Shown piece by piece: positions 29,480 through 43,640 of a DNA stretch of 64,000 nucleotides. Origin of the DNA: the human T2T-CHM13v2.0 reference genome, Homo sapiens; assembly GCF_009914755.1 (NCBI RefSeq), contig NC_060938.1; one strand, 5' to 3'. The notes under the pieces are model-generated. The model was not told the DNA's origin. It searched no databases and was given only the letters and a program-made list of their open reading frames with translations. Both the position numbers and the translations under genes were made by a program. The number at the start of each line of letters is the position of its first letter. Positions within the stretch are counted from its first letter, which is position 1.

Positions 29480-32060
29480 TTCCATTCATTTCCAAGGCGT
29501 TCGAATCAATTACCTTACAATCCATTACAGTCGAGTCCGTTCTATTCCAGTCCATTCCATTCCGGTCCATTACATTTGATTCAATTCCATTCGTTACCAT
29601 TTGATACTGTTGCACTCTTTTGGATTCCATTCTATTTGAATAAATTCCATTCAAAACCATTCCTTTTGATTCCATTCTATTTGAGTCCATTCCATTCGTG
29701 TCCATTACATTTGGGTCTGTTCCATTGCATTCCATTCCATTCCTTTCCATTCCATTTGATACCATTTCATTCGATTCTATTCCATTAGAGTCCATTCCAT
29801 TCGAATGTATTCCACTGCATTCCATTCCATGCCATTCCATTCGATTCTATTCTATTCTACTCCATTCCATTCCATTCGGTTCCATCTGATTCCATTCCAT
29901 TCTAGCCCTTTCCATACCATTCCATTCCATTGGAGTCCATTCCACTCCATCCCATTCCATTCAAGTCCATTCCATTCCAGTCCATTTCATTCGAGTCCAT
30001 TCCATTCCATAAATTTCCGGTTGATATCTTTCCATTTCACTCCTTTCCATTCTTTTCCTTTCGATTCCATTCAATTCCATTCCATTCAATTCCATTCCAT
30101 TGTATTCCATTCCATTCGACTCCATTCCATTAGAAACCGTTCCTTTTCATTCCGTTCCATTCCATTCCTTTCTGATTGACTTTATTCCGTTCGATTCCAA
30201 TTTGTTCCCGTCTATTCTATTCGAGTCCATTCCATTCCAGTTCATTCAATTCGATTCCATTCCATTCGATTCCCTTCCATTCGATTCCATTCCACTCGAT
30301 TCCACTCCATTGCATTCCATTGCATTCCATTCTATTCCATTCCATTGCATACCATTACATTTCCTATGATTACATTCCATTTGATTCCATTGAGCTCAAA
30401 TAAATTGGATTCCTATCCATTACATTCGAGTCCGTTCTATTCCAGTCCATTCCATTCTGGTCCATTCCTTTCAATTGCATTCCATACTATTGCATTCCAT
30501 TCGATTCCAGTGTGTTTGAATAAATTCCATTCAAGACCATTCCTTTTTAATCCATTCTATTTGAGTCTATTACATACAAGTCCATTACATTTGGGTCCAT
30601 CCAATTCCAGTCCATACCATTCGATGTCATTCCATTCTATTCTATTCCATTCGACTCCATTCTATTCCATGAAATTCCATTCCATTCTGTTCCATTCGAT
30701 TCCAATCCATTACATTCCATTTTGTTCCAGTCAATTCCACTTGAGTCCATTCCATTTTGTTCCATTCAATTCCACTCGAGTCCATTCCATTCCATTCCAT
30801 TGCATTCGATTCCATTCCTTTTGATTCCATTCCATTCAATTCAATTAAATTCCATTTGATTCCATTCCACTCTATTCCATTGTGTTCCATTCCACTGCAT
30901 GCCATTCTATTCCATTCCATTCCATTTGATTCCATTCCATTCGATTCCAAGGCATTCAAATCAATTACATTTCATTCCATTACATTCGAGAGTTTTCTAT
31001 TCCAATCCATTCCATTCCAGTCCATTCCATTTGATTAAATTCCATTCGATTCAATTAGATACTATTACATTCCTTTCAATTCCATTCTATTTGTATAAAT
31101 TCCATTCAAGACCATTCCTTTCGAGTCCATTCTATTTGAGTGCATTCCATTAGTGTACATTACATTTGGGTCCGTTCCATTGCATTCCATTCTATTCCTT
31201 TCCATTCCATTCCATGCCATTATTTTCGATTCTATTCCATTAGAGTCCATTCCATTCGAGTCCATTCAATTCCATTCCATTTGACGCCATTCCACACGAT
31301 TCTATTCCACTCAATTCCATTCCATTCCATTCCATTCAGTTCCATCAGATTCCATTCCATTCTAGTCCTTTCCATTCCATTCCATTCCATTCATTTCCTT
31401 TCCATTCGAGTCCATTCCACTCCAGTCCATTTCATTCGAGTCCATTCCACTCCAGTCCATTCCATTCCATTCCATTCCATTTGATATCTTTCTATTTCAC
31501 TCCATTCCATTCCATTCCATTCCATTCAATTCCATTCCATTCGATTCCATTCTATTGAATTCCATTCCATTCGACTCCATTCCATTCGTGTCCATTCCTT
31601 TTCATTCTTTTCCATTCCATTGCATTCTGTTTTACTTCAATCCGTTTGATTCCATTTTTTTCCAGTCCATTCCATTCGAGTCCATTCCATTCCAGTCCAT
31701 TCGATTCTATTCCATTCGATTCGATTCCATTCCACTCGATTCCACTCCGCTCCTTTCCATTGAATTCCATTCAATTCCATTCCATTGCATACCATTGCAT
31801 TCCATATGATTTCATTCCATTTGATTCCATACAACTCAAATCAATTGGATTGCAATCCATTACAATCGAGTCCATTCTATTCCAGTGCATTCCATTCTGG
31901 TCCATTCCATTCGATTCCATTCCATACTATTGCATTCCATTCGATTGGACTGTATTCGAATAAATTCCATTAGAGACCATTCCTTTTTAATAAATTATAT
32001 TTGAGTCTATTACATTCGAGTTCATTACATTTGTGTCCATCCAATTCCATTCCATTCCAT
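29480..32060 (+). repeat. ~1.44-kb (two-monomer) tandem duplication, diverged
   Basis: Shared rare variants sit at a constant offset of 1440-1455: CCAAGGC 29492/30947; CTCAAA-T-(A/C)AATTGGATT 30395/31835; GACCATTCCTTTTTAAT ~30535/~31975; landmarks 30519/31959. Confidence 0.8.
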
Positions 32061-32712
32061 TCGAAGCCATTCCATTCGATTCTATTCCATTTGAGTCCAT
32101 TCCATTCGATGACATTCCTTTCGATTCCATTCCACTCCAGTCCATTCCATTCGAGTGCTTTCCATTCGAGTCCGTTCCATTAGAATCCATTCCATTCCAT
32201 TCGATATCTTTCCATTACACTCCATTCCATTCTATTTCTTAAGATTCAATTCAATTCCATTCCTTTCAGTTTCGTTCCATTCAACTCCATTCCATTCAAG
32301 TCCATTCCATTGCATTCCGTTCTGTTCGATTCAATTCCGTTCAATTCCATTTTGATCCAATCCAATCCGTTCGAGTCCATTCCATTTGATTCCCTTCCCT
32401 TCCATTCCATTCCATTCAATGCCATTCCATTCAATTCTGTTCAAGTCCATTCCGTCTGAGTCCATTCGATTCCATTCCATTCCACTCCATTCCATTAGAT
32501 GCCATTCCATTTGGTTCTAATACACTCGACTCCATTAGATTCCATTCCTTTCCATCCGATTCCATTCCATTCTATTCTTTTCCATTCCATTCCATTCCAT
32601 TCGTTTCCATTCCTTTTGAGTACTTTCCTCTCCAGTCTATTCCATTCCATTCGAGTCCATTTCATTACAATCCACTTGATTCGAGGCCATTCCATTCCAT
32701 TACTTTTCATTT

Positions 32713-33190
32713 GATATCTTTCCTTTACACTCCATTCCTTTCTATTCCTTTTGATTCTATTCAATTCTATTACATTCGATTCCATTCCATTCTACTGCAT
32801 TCCTTTCTAGTCCATTCCATTCCATTCCATTCCATTCGATATCTTTCCATTACACTCCGTTCCACTTTATTCCTTTCGATTCCTTTCAGTTCCACTCCAT
32901 TCTAGTCCATTCCATTCCAATCCACTCCATTCGATTCCATTCCATTCCATTCCTTTTGATTCGATATCTTTCCTTTACACTCCATTCCTTTCTATTCCTT
33001 TCTATTCCTTTCGATTCTATTCAATTCCATTCCATTCAATTCCATTCCATTCGATTCCATTTCATTCGACTCCATTCCATTCGAGTCCATTCCATTCCAT
33101 TCCATTCCATTCGATATCTTTCCATTACACTCTATTCCATTCTATTCCTTTGAATTCCATTCAATTCAATTCCATTCGAGTCCATTCCAT
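32713..33190 (+). repeat. Four clustered GATATC modules (~125-150 bp period, dimer duplicated)
   Basis: GATATCTT occurs at 32713, 32838, 32963 and 33113. Copies 1 and 3 share TCCTTTACACTCCATTCCTTTCTATTCC. Confidence 0.78.
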
Positions 33191-33690
33191 TGCATTCCAT
33201 TCCATTCCATTCCGTTCGATTCAAGTCCGTTCGATACCACTTTGTTCCAGTACATTCCATTCGAATCCATTCCCTTCCAGTGCATTCCATTCGCTTCCAT
33301 TCCATTCGACTGCATTCCACTCGATTCCACTCCATTCCATTCTATTACATTCTATTCTATTCCATTCCATTGCATTCCATTCCATTCCATTTTATTACAT
33401 TCCATTCGATTCCATTCCATTCAAATCAATTACATTGTAATCCATTACTTTCGTGTCCATTCTATTCCAGTCCATTCCATTCCTGTCCATTCCATTTGAT
33501 TAGATTACATTCGATTCCATTAAATACTATTGCATTCTATTTGATTCCATTCTATTAGAATAAATTCCTTTCGAGACCATTCCTTTCGAGTCCATTCTAT
33601 TTGAGTCCATTTCTTTCGACTCCATTACATTTGGGTCCATTGCATTCCATTACTTTCCAGTCCATTACATTGCAGTCAATGCCATTTCAT

Positions 33691-33810
33691 TCGATTCTAT
33701 TCCATTTGAGTCCATTCGATTCGGGTCCATTCCATTCCACTCCATTCCATTCGATTCTATTCCATTTGAGTCCATTCCATTCGGGTCCATTCCATTCCAC
33801 TCAATTCCAC
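33691..33810 (+). repeat. 60-bp near-perfect tandem duplication
   Basis: TCGATTCTATTCCATTTGAGTCCATTC(G/C)ATTCGGGTCCATTCCATTCCACTC occurs at 33691 and 33751. Confidence 0.85.
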
Positions 33811-36800
33811 TCGATGCCATTCCATTCGATTCTATTCCATTCAACTCCATTCCACTCCATTCGATTCCATTCCATTCTATTCCATTCCATCCCATTTCAT
33901 TCCATTCCATTCCATGCCATTCAATTCGATTCTCTTCCATTCGAGTCCGTTCCATTCAACTCCAATTCATTCTATTCCATTCGATTCCATTCAATTTCAT
34001 TCCATTCGATGGCTTTCCATTTGATTCTATTCCATTCGACTCCATTCCATTCCATCCAATTCCATTCTAATCTATTCCTTTCTGATCCATTCCATTCCAT
34101 TCCATTTGGTTCCATTCAATTCGAGTCCATTCCACTCCAGTCCATTCCATTCCAGTCCATTCCAGTCCAGTCCATTCCATTCCAGTCCATTCCATTCTAG
34201 TCCATTCTATTCATTATCTTTCCATTCCATTCCATTCCATTCTATTCCTTTTGATTCCATTCAATTCCATTTCATTCGATTCCAATCCATTCAATTCCAT
34301 TCCTTTTGACTCCATTCCTTTCGAGTCCATTCTTTTCCATTCCATTCCTTTCCATTCCATTACGTTCCATTGGATTCCAATCCTTTCGATTCTATGTTGT
34401 TCCAGTCCATTCCATTCCATTCCTTTGCATTCCGGGCCATTCCATTCGATTCCATTCCATTCATTTCCATTCCACTCGATTCAACTCCGTTCCTTTCCAT
34501 TGTATTCTTTCTATTCCATTCCATTGCTTTCCATTCTATTTCATTCCATTAAATTCAATTCCATGCTTATCAATTACATAGCAATCCATTACAATCGAGT
34601 CCGTTCTATTTCAGTCCATTCCTTCCCGGTCCATTCTGTTGGATTCCATTCCATTTGATTCCATTCCATACTATTGCATTCTATGCGAAGCCATTATATT
34701 CGAATAAATTCCATTCCAAACCATTCCTTTCGAATCCATTCTATTTGAGTCCATTACATTTGTGTCCATTCCATTCTATTCCATTCCATTCCATTAAATT
34801 CGATGCCATTCCATTCAATTCTATTCCATTCGAGTCCATTCCATTCCATTCCATTCCATGCCTTTCCATCGGATTCTGTTCCACTCAACTCCATTCAATT
34901 CCATTCCATTCCATCCGATTCCATTCCATTATATTCCTTTCCCTTCCATTCCATTCCATTCATTTGTTTCCATTCCTTTCGAGTCCATTCCACTCCAGTC
35001 CATTCCATTCGAATCCATTCAATTCGATTCCATTCCATACTACTGCATTCCATTCGATTCCATTCTATTCAAATAAATTCCATTCGAGACTGTTCCTTTT
35101 GAGTCCATTCTATTTGAGTCAATTCCATTCGAGTCTATTACATTTGGGAGCATTCCATTCGATTGCATTCCATTCCATTAGATGCCTATCCTTTCCATTG
35201 TATTCCATTCGAATCTATTCCATTCCATTCCTTTCCAACTGATTGCCTTCCATTCTATTCCTTTCTATTCCATTCCATTCCATCCCATTCCATTCCATTC
35301 AATTCCATTCCATTTGCCTCCATTGCACTCGATTAAATTCCTTTCCATTCGATTCCATTCCATTCCATTCCATTTGATTCCAATCCATTCCATCACATTT
35401 TCTTCCAGTCCATTCCATTCGAGTCCAATCCTTTCCAGTCTGTTCCACTCGATTACATTCGATTCGATTCCATTCCATTCTATTCCATTACACTCGATTC
35501 CACTCCGTTCCATTCCATTGCATTACATTCTATTCCATTCAATTGCATTCTTTTCATTTCCCTTTGATTACATTTCTTTCAATCCCAAGGCATTCGAATC
35601 AATTTCATTTCAATGCATTACAGTCGCGTCCGTTCTGTTCCAGTCCATTCAATTCCAAACCATTGCATTCGATACACTTCCATTCGATCCCATTCCATAC
35701 TATTGCATACCATTTGATTCCATTCTATTTGAGTAAATTCCATCCGAGTCCATTCCATTCCAGTCCATTCCATTCGTTTCCATTCCATTCCATTCTGTTC
35801 CATTCCATTCGATTCAATTCCATTCGATTATATTCCATTTGACTCCATTCCACTCCATTCCATTCGATACAAATCCATTCCATTCAATTCCTTTCCATTC
35901 CATTCGTTTCCTTTACATTCGAGTCCATTCCACTCCAGTCCTTTCCATTCGAACCCATTCCATTCAATTCAATATCTTTCCATTAAACTCCATTCCATTC
36001 TTTTCCTTTCGATTCCATTCAATTGCATTCCATTCGATTCCATTCCATTCGACTCCATTCCTTTCCATTTCATTCCATTCCATTCCTTTCCATTTGATTC
36101 CTATTCGTTCGATTCCATTTTGTTCCAGTCCATTCCATTCAAATCCATTCCATTGCAATTCATTCCATTCGTTTCCATTCCATTCCATTCTATTCCATTC
36201 CACTCAATTCCACTCCATTCCATTCCATTGCATTCCATTTTATTCCATTACATTGCATTCCATTCCTTCCCACCCAATTCCATTGCATTCTATTCCTTTC
36301 AATTCCTTTCCATTCCTTTCCATTCGTTTCTATTCCATTAGTGTCCATTCTATTCCATTCTATTCCATTCCATTCCATTCTATTCCAATCGATTCGAATC
36401 CATTCCTTTCCATTCCTTCTGACTCCATTCCATTATATTGCTTTCCATTACATTCCATTCCTTTCCATTTAATTCCATTAATTTCCATTCCCTTCGAGTC
36501 CATTCCTTTTCATTCCATTCCATTCCAGTCCATTCCATTAGAGTCCATTCCATTCCGTTCCTTTCCATTCGATATCTTTCCATGACACTCCATTCCCTTC
36601 TATTCCTTTCGATTGCAAGCAATTCCATTCCTTTCGGTTCCATTCAATTCGACTCCATTCCATTTGAGGGCATTCAATTCCATTCCATACCATTCCATTC
36701 AATTTGATTCCAATCTGTTCGATTCCTTTTTGTTCCTGTCCATTCCTTTCGAGTCCATTCCATTCAAGTCCATTGTATTCGATTCCATTACATTCGATTC

Positions 36801-39800
36801 CATTCCACTCCATTCCACTCAATTCCACTCCATTCCATTGCATTCCATTACATTCCATTTGATTACGTTGCATTCGATTCCATTCCGTTCGATTCAATAA
36901 CATTGCAGTCCATTATATTTGAGTCTGTTCTATTCCAGTCCATTCCATTCCGTTCCTTTCCATTCTATTCCATACTATTGCTTTCCATTCGATTCCATTC
37001 TATTCGAATAAATTCCATGTGATACCATGCCTTTCGATTCCATTCTATTTGAGTCCATTACATTCGAGTAAATTACATTTGGGTCCATTCCATTCCATTC
37101 CATTCCATTCCATTCCTTTGTGTTCCAGTTCATTCCATTCGATTCCATTCCATTCTATTCTATTTTATTCCATTCCTTTCGAGTCCATTCCATTCCATTC
37201 CATTCCATTCCATTCCATTCGTTGCCATTCCATTCGACTCCATTCCATTCGAGTCTATTCCATTCCATTACATTCCGTTCCATTCGATTCCATTCCATTC
37301 GTGTCCATTTTTTTCCAGCCCATTCCATTCGAGTCCATTCCTTTCTAGTCCATTCCATTCGATGCCATTCCATCTTATTCAATTCCTTCCAATTACATTC
37401 CACTCGATTCCACTCCACTCCATTCCATTGCATTCCATTATACTCCATTCCATTCCATTCTATTCTATTCCATTGCCTTCCATTCCATTCCATTTGATTG
37501 CATTCCATTCGATTCCATTCCGTTCGAATCAATTACTTTGCAATCCATTACATTCGTGTCCATTCTATTCCAGTCCATTCCATTTCGGTCCATTCCATTC
37601 AATTCCATTCCATTCGATTCCATTCCATACTACTGCATTCCATTCGATTCCATTCTATTTGAGTAAATTCCATTCGAAACCATTGCTTTCGAGTCCATTC
37701 TATTTGAGTCCATTCTATTCGAGTCCATTACTTTTGGGCCCACTGCATTCCATTCCACTCCATTCCATTCCATTCAATTCCATTTGATGTCATTCCATTC
37801 GATTCTATTCCATTCGAATCTATTCCATTCGATTCCATTGCATTCCATTCCATTCAATCTGATTCCATTCAATTCTAATCCTTTCCATTCCATTCCATTC
37901 GTTTCCATTCCATTCGAGTCCATTCCACTCCACTCCATTCCATTCGAGTCCATTCCACTCCAGTCCATTCCATTTGAGTCCTTTCTATTCCTTTCCATTC
38001 CATTTGATATCATTCCATTACACTCCTTTCCATTCTAATCTTTAAATTTCACTCAATTCCATTCCATTTGGTTCCATTCAATTCGACCCCATTCCATTGG
38101 AGTCCATTCCATTCCATTCCATTCCTTCCCATTCCATTCCGTTCAGTTCGATTTCAATCCGTTCGATTTCATTTTGTTCCTGTCCATTCCATTCGAGTCC
38201 ATTTCATTCCAGTCAAATCCATTCGATTCCATTCTATTTGATTCCTTTCCATTCGATTCCATTCCTCTCGATTCCATTCCACTCGATTCCACTCCGTTCT
38301 GTTCCATTGCATTCTACTCTATTCCATTAAATTGCATTCCCTTCCATTCCATTTGATTATATTCCATTTGATTCCATTCCATTCGAAAGAATTACATTGC
38401 AATCCATTACATTCGAGTCCGTTCTATTCCAGTGCATTCCATTCCGGTCCATTCCATTCGATTCCATTACATTCCATTCCGTTCCATACTACTGTATTCC
38501 ATTTGATTCCATTCTAGTCAAATAAATAAATTCCATTCGAGACCATTCCTTTTGATTCCATTGTGTTTGAGTCCATTGCATTCGATTCCATTCCATCTGA
38601 GTCCATACGGTTCCATTCCTTTCTGTTCCATTCCATGCCATTCGATTCCCTTCCATTCGATTCTATTCCTTTGAATTCCATTCCATTCCATTCCACTCCA
38701 TTACATTCGATGACATTCCATTCGAATCTAATCCATTGAACTGCATTCCATTCCATTCTGTTCCATCCGATTCCATTGTATTCTATTCCTTTCCATTCCA
38801 ATCCTTTCCATTCCATTCCATTCCATTCGATGCCCTTCATTCAATTCTTTTCCATTCGTGTCCATTTCATTCCATTCCACTGTATTCCATTCCATTCCAT
38901 TCGATGCCATTCCATTTGATTCTATTCCATTCGACACCATTCCATTCCATTCAGTCCAATTGCATTACATATTCGAATAAATTCCATTCGAGACCATTTC
39001 ATTCGTGTCCATTCTATTTGAGTCCATTATATTCCAGACCAATACATTTGGGTCCATTCCATTCTATTCCATTCCATTCAATACCATTCCATTCGATTCT
39101 ATTCCATTCGAGTCCATTCCATTCCATTCCATTCCTTTCAATGCCATTCCATTCGATTCTAATCCATTCGAGTCCATTCCATTTGAGTCTATTACATTCC
39201 ATGCCTTTCCATTCAATGCCATTCCATTCGATTCTATTCCATTCGACTCCTTCCATTCCATGCCGTTCCAAATGATTCCATTCCATTTTATTCGTTTCCA
39301 CTCTATTCCATTTGTTTCTATTCCATTCGAATCCATTTCAATACAGTCCATTCCATTCGAATCCATTCCATTCCAGTCCTTTCTATTCGAGTCCATTCCA
39401 TTCCATTCCATTCGATATCTTTCCATTACACTCTATTCCAAACTTTTCCTTTTGATTCCATTCAATTCCCTTCCGTTTGGTTCCATTGCATTCGATTCAA
39501 TTCCATTTGACACCATTCCTTTTGAGTACATTCCATTCCATTCCGTTTCGTTTGATTCCAATCCCTTCGAATCTATTTTGTTCCTGTCCATTCCATTCGA
39601 GCTCATTCCGTTCCAGTCCATTCCATTCGATTCCATCCCAATCGATTCCATTCCATTTGATTCCATTCCACTCGATTCCACTCCGTTCCTTTCCATCGCA
39701 TTCCATTCTATTCCATTGCATTGCATTTCATTCCTTTTCGTTTGATTACATTCCATTCGAATCCATTCCATTCGATTCAATTACATTGCAATCCATTACA

Positions 39801-39845
39801 GTCGAGTCCATTCTATTCCATTCCTTTCTATTCCAGTCCATTCCA

Positions 39846-39945
39846 TTCGATTCCATTCCTTTCGATTCCATTCCACACTATTGTTTCCATTCGATTCCAT
39901 TCCTTTCGATTCCATTCCACACTATTGTTTTCCATTCGATTCCAT
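39846..39945 (+). repeat. 44-bp tandem duplication
   Basis: CCTTTCGATTCCATTCCACACTATTGTTT occurs twice (CACACT at 39874 and 39918); the copies differ by one T. Confidence 0.82.
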
Positions 39946-42900
39946 TCAATTCGAATATATTCCATTCGAGACCATTCCTTTCGTGTCCATTCTATTTGAA
40001 TTCATTACATTCGAGTCCATTACATTTTGGTCCATTCCATTCCATTCCTTTCCATTCAATTCGATGCCATTACATTCGATTCTATACCATTTGAGTCCAT
40101 TCCATTCCAGTCCATTCCATTCTTTCTGTTCGATTCCAATCTGTTCGATTCCATTTTGTTCCAGTCCATTGCATTCGAGTCCATTCCTTTCCAGTCCGTT
40201 CCATTCGATTCCATTCCATTCAATTCCATTACATTCGATTCCATTCCTCTCGATTCCACTCCATTCCATTCCCTTGTATTTCATTCTATTCCATTCCATT
40301 GCATTCCATTCCATTTAATTTGGTTTCATTCCATTTGATTCCATTCCATTCGAATGAATTACATTGCAATGCATTACATTCAAGTACTTTCTATCCAGTC
40401 AATTCCATTCAGGTCCATTGCATTCAATTCCATTTCATATTATTGTATTCCATTCGATTCCATTATATTCAAATAAATTCCATTCGAGACCATTCCTTTT
40501 GAATCCATTCTATTTGAGTCCATTCTTTTCGGGTCCATTACATTTGGGTCAATTCCATTCCATACCATTACATTCACGTTCATTCCATTCGACTCCATTC
40601 CATTCGAGTCCATTCCATTCGATTCCAATCCACTGCATTCCATTCCTGTCAATTCCATTTGATGACATTCCATTCCTTTGTATTCCATTTTACTCCTTTC
40701 CATTCCTTTCTGTTCCATCTGATTACCTTCCATTCTCATCCTTTCCATTCCATTCTATTCCATTCCATTCCATTCTATTCCTTTCCATTCCATTTGAGAA
40801 CATTCAACACTAGTCCACTCCATTCAAGTCCATTCCATACCAGTCCATTCCATTCTATGCCATTCCATTTGATTCAATTCCATTCAACTCCATTCCATTC
40901 CAGTCCGTTCCATTCTATTCCATTTGATTCAATTCCATTCGATTCTATAGCATTCTACTCCATTCCTTTCCATTCTGTTCCATCTGATTTCATTCCATTC
41001 TATTCCTTTCCATTCCATTCCATTCCATTAAATTCGTTTCCATTCCATTCGAGTCCATTCCACTCCAGTCCATTCCATTCGAGTCCATTCCATTCCAGTG
41101 CATTCCATTCGAGTCCATTCCATTCCATTCCCCTCCATTCGATATCATTCCTTACACTCCATTCCATTATATTCCTTTCGATTCCATTCCATTCCATTCC
41201 ATTCTATTCCATTACATTTGCATCCATTCCATTCAAGTCCATTCCATTCCATTCCATGCCATTCCGTTCTGTTCGATTCCAATCCATTTGATTCCATTTT
41301 GTTCCAGTCCATTCCTTTCGAGTCCTTTCCATTCCAGTCCATTCCAATCGTTTCCATTCCGTGCAATTCCATTCCATTAGCTTCCATTCCACTCGATTCC
41401 AATCCATTCCATTCCATTGCATTCCACTTTATTCCATTCCATTGAATTCCTTTCCATTCCATTTGTCTACATTCCTTTCGATTCCTTTCTATTCGAATCA
41501 ATTACATTGCAGTCCATTACATTCAAATCCGTTCTATTCCAGTCCATTGCATTCCGGTCCATTCCATTCATTTCCTTTCCATTCGATTCCATTCCATACT
41601 ATTGCATTCCATTCGATTCCATTGTATTCAAATAAATTTCACTCGAGACCATTCCTTTCGAGTCCATTCTATTTGAGTCCACTCCATTCGAGCCCATTAC
41701 ATTTAGGTCCATTCCATTCCGTTCCATTCCATTCTTTTCCTTTCCATTCCATTCCTTTCCATTCCATTCCGTTCCATTCAATGATATTCCATTCGATTCT
41801 TTTCCATTCTACTCCATTCCTTCCCATTCGGTTCCATCCGATTCCATTCCATTCTATCTCTTTCCGTTCCATTCCATTCTATTCCATGCAAATCCATTTG
41901 ATTCCATTTCATTCGTTTCCATTACATTTGAGTCCATTCCTCTCCAGTCCATTCCATTCAAGTCCATTGCATTCTAGTCCATACCATTCGATTCCATTCC
42001 ATCCCATTCCATTTGATATCTTTCCATTATGCTACATTCCATTCTCTTCCTTTGTATTCCATTCAATTCCATTACATTCGATTACATTCCATTCGATTCC
42101 ATTCCATTCGATTCCATTCCGTTTGATTCCATTACACTAAATTCTGATCAGTTCCATTCCATTGCATGCCATTCTATTCCATTGCATTGCATTCCATTGC
42201 ATTCCATTAGAATACATTCCATTCAGTTTCATTCCATTTGAGTCAATTACATTTCATTGCTTTAAATTCTAGTCTGTTCTATTCCAATCCATTCCATTAC
42301 TGTCCATTCCATTGTATTTCATTTCCTTCGATTCCATTCCATATTATTTTATTCAATCGATTCCAATCTATTCGAATAAATTCCATTCGAGACCATTCCT
42401 TTCGATTCCATTCTATTCAAATCAATTCCTTTCAATTTCATTCCGTTCGATTCCATTCCACTCGATTTCACTCCATTCCATTCCATTGCATTCCATTCTA
42501 TTCCATTCGACTGCATTCCATTCCATTCCATTTGACTATATTCCATTCCATTCCATTCCATTTGAATCAATTACATTGCAATCCATTACATTTGTGTGCC
42601 TTTTATTCCATTCCATTCCTTTCCGGTCCATTCCATTGGATTCCATTCCATACTATTGCATACCATTCTAATCCATGCTATTCGAATAAATTCCATTCGA
42701 GACCATTCCTTTCCAATCCATTCTATTAAAGTCCCTTCCATTCATGTCCATTGCAATTGGGTCCATTCCATTCCATTCCATTCAATGCCATCCCATTCCA
42801 TTCTATTCCATTCCACTCCATTCCATTGGATTCCATTCCATTCGATTCTATTCCATTCGATTGCATTCTGTTCCATTCCATTCCATTCCATTCCATTCCA

Positions 42901-43580
42901 TTCCATCCATTCCATTCCATTCCATTCATTTCCATTCTATTCGAGTCCATTCCACTCCACGCAATTCAATTCCAGTTCATTCCATTTGAGTCTATTCCAT
43001 TCAAGTCCATTCCATTCCGTTCCATTTCTTTCCATTCCATTTGATATCTTTCCGTTACATTCCATTACATTCTATTCCTTTCGATTCCATTCCATTCCAT
43101 TGCATTCTATTCCATTTCATTAGACTCCATTCCATTTGAGTCCATTGCATTCCATTCGCTTAAATTCCGTTCTGTTCGATTCCAATCGTTTCGATTCCAT
43201 TTTTTCCGGTCCATTCCATTCGAGTCCATTGGATTCCAGTCCATTCCAATCGGTTCCGTTCCACTCGATTCCATTCCATTCTAATCCATTCCAATCGAGT
43301 CCATTCCATTCCATTCCATTCTGTTCCGTTTGATACCAATCCGTTGAACTCCATTTTATTCCAGTACATTCCATTCGAGTCCATTCCATTCCAGTCCATT
43401 CCATTCGATTCCATTCCATTTGATTCCATTCCTTTCGATTCCATTCTGCTCGATTCCACTTTGTTCCATTCCGTTGTACTCCATTCTATTCCATTGCATT
43501 CCATTCCATTCCATTCCTTTTGATTACATTCCATTCAATTCCATTCCATTCGAATTAATTACATTGCAATCCATTACATT

Positions 43581-43640
43581 CGAGTCCGTTCTATTGCAGT
43601 CCATTCCATTCGAGTCCATTCTATTGCAGTCCATTCCATT
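43581..43640 (+). repeat. 30-bp tandem duplication
   Basis: CGAGTCC(G/A)TTCTATTGCAGTCCATTCCATT occurs at 43581 and 43611. Confidence 0.8.

Noticed and set aside
38517-38535. AATAAATAAA as a retroposon tail or target-site duplication
   Set aside because: It is a 4-bp slippage of the landmark motif, with no inserted sequence.
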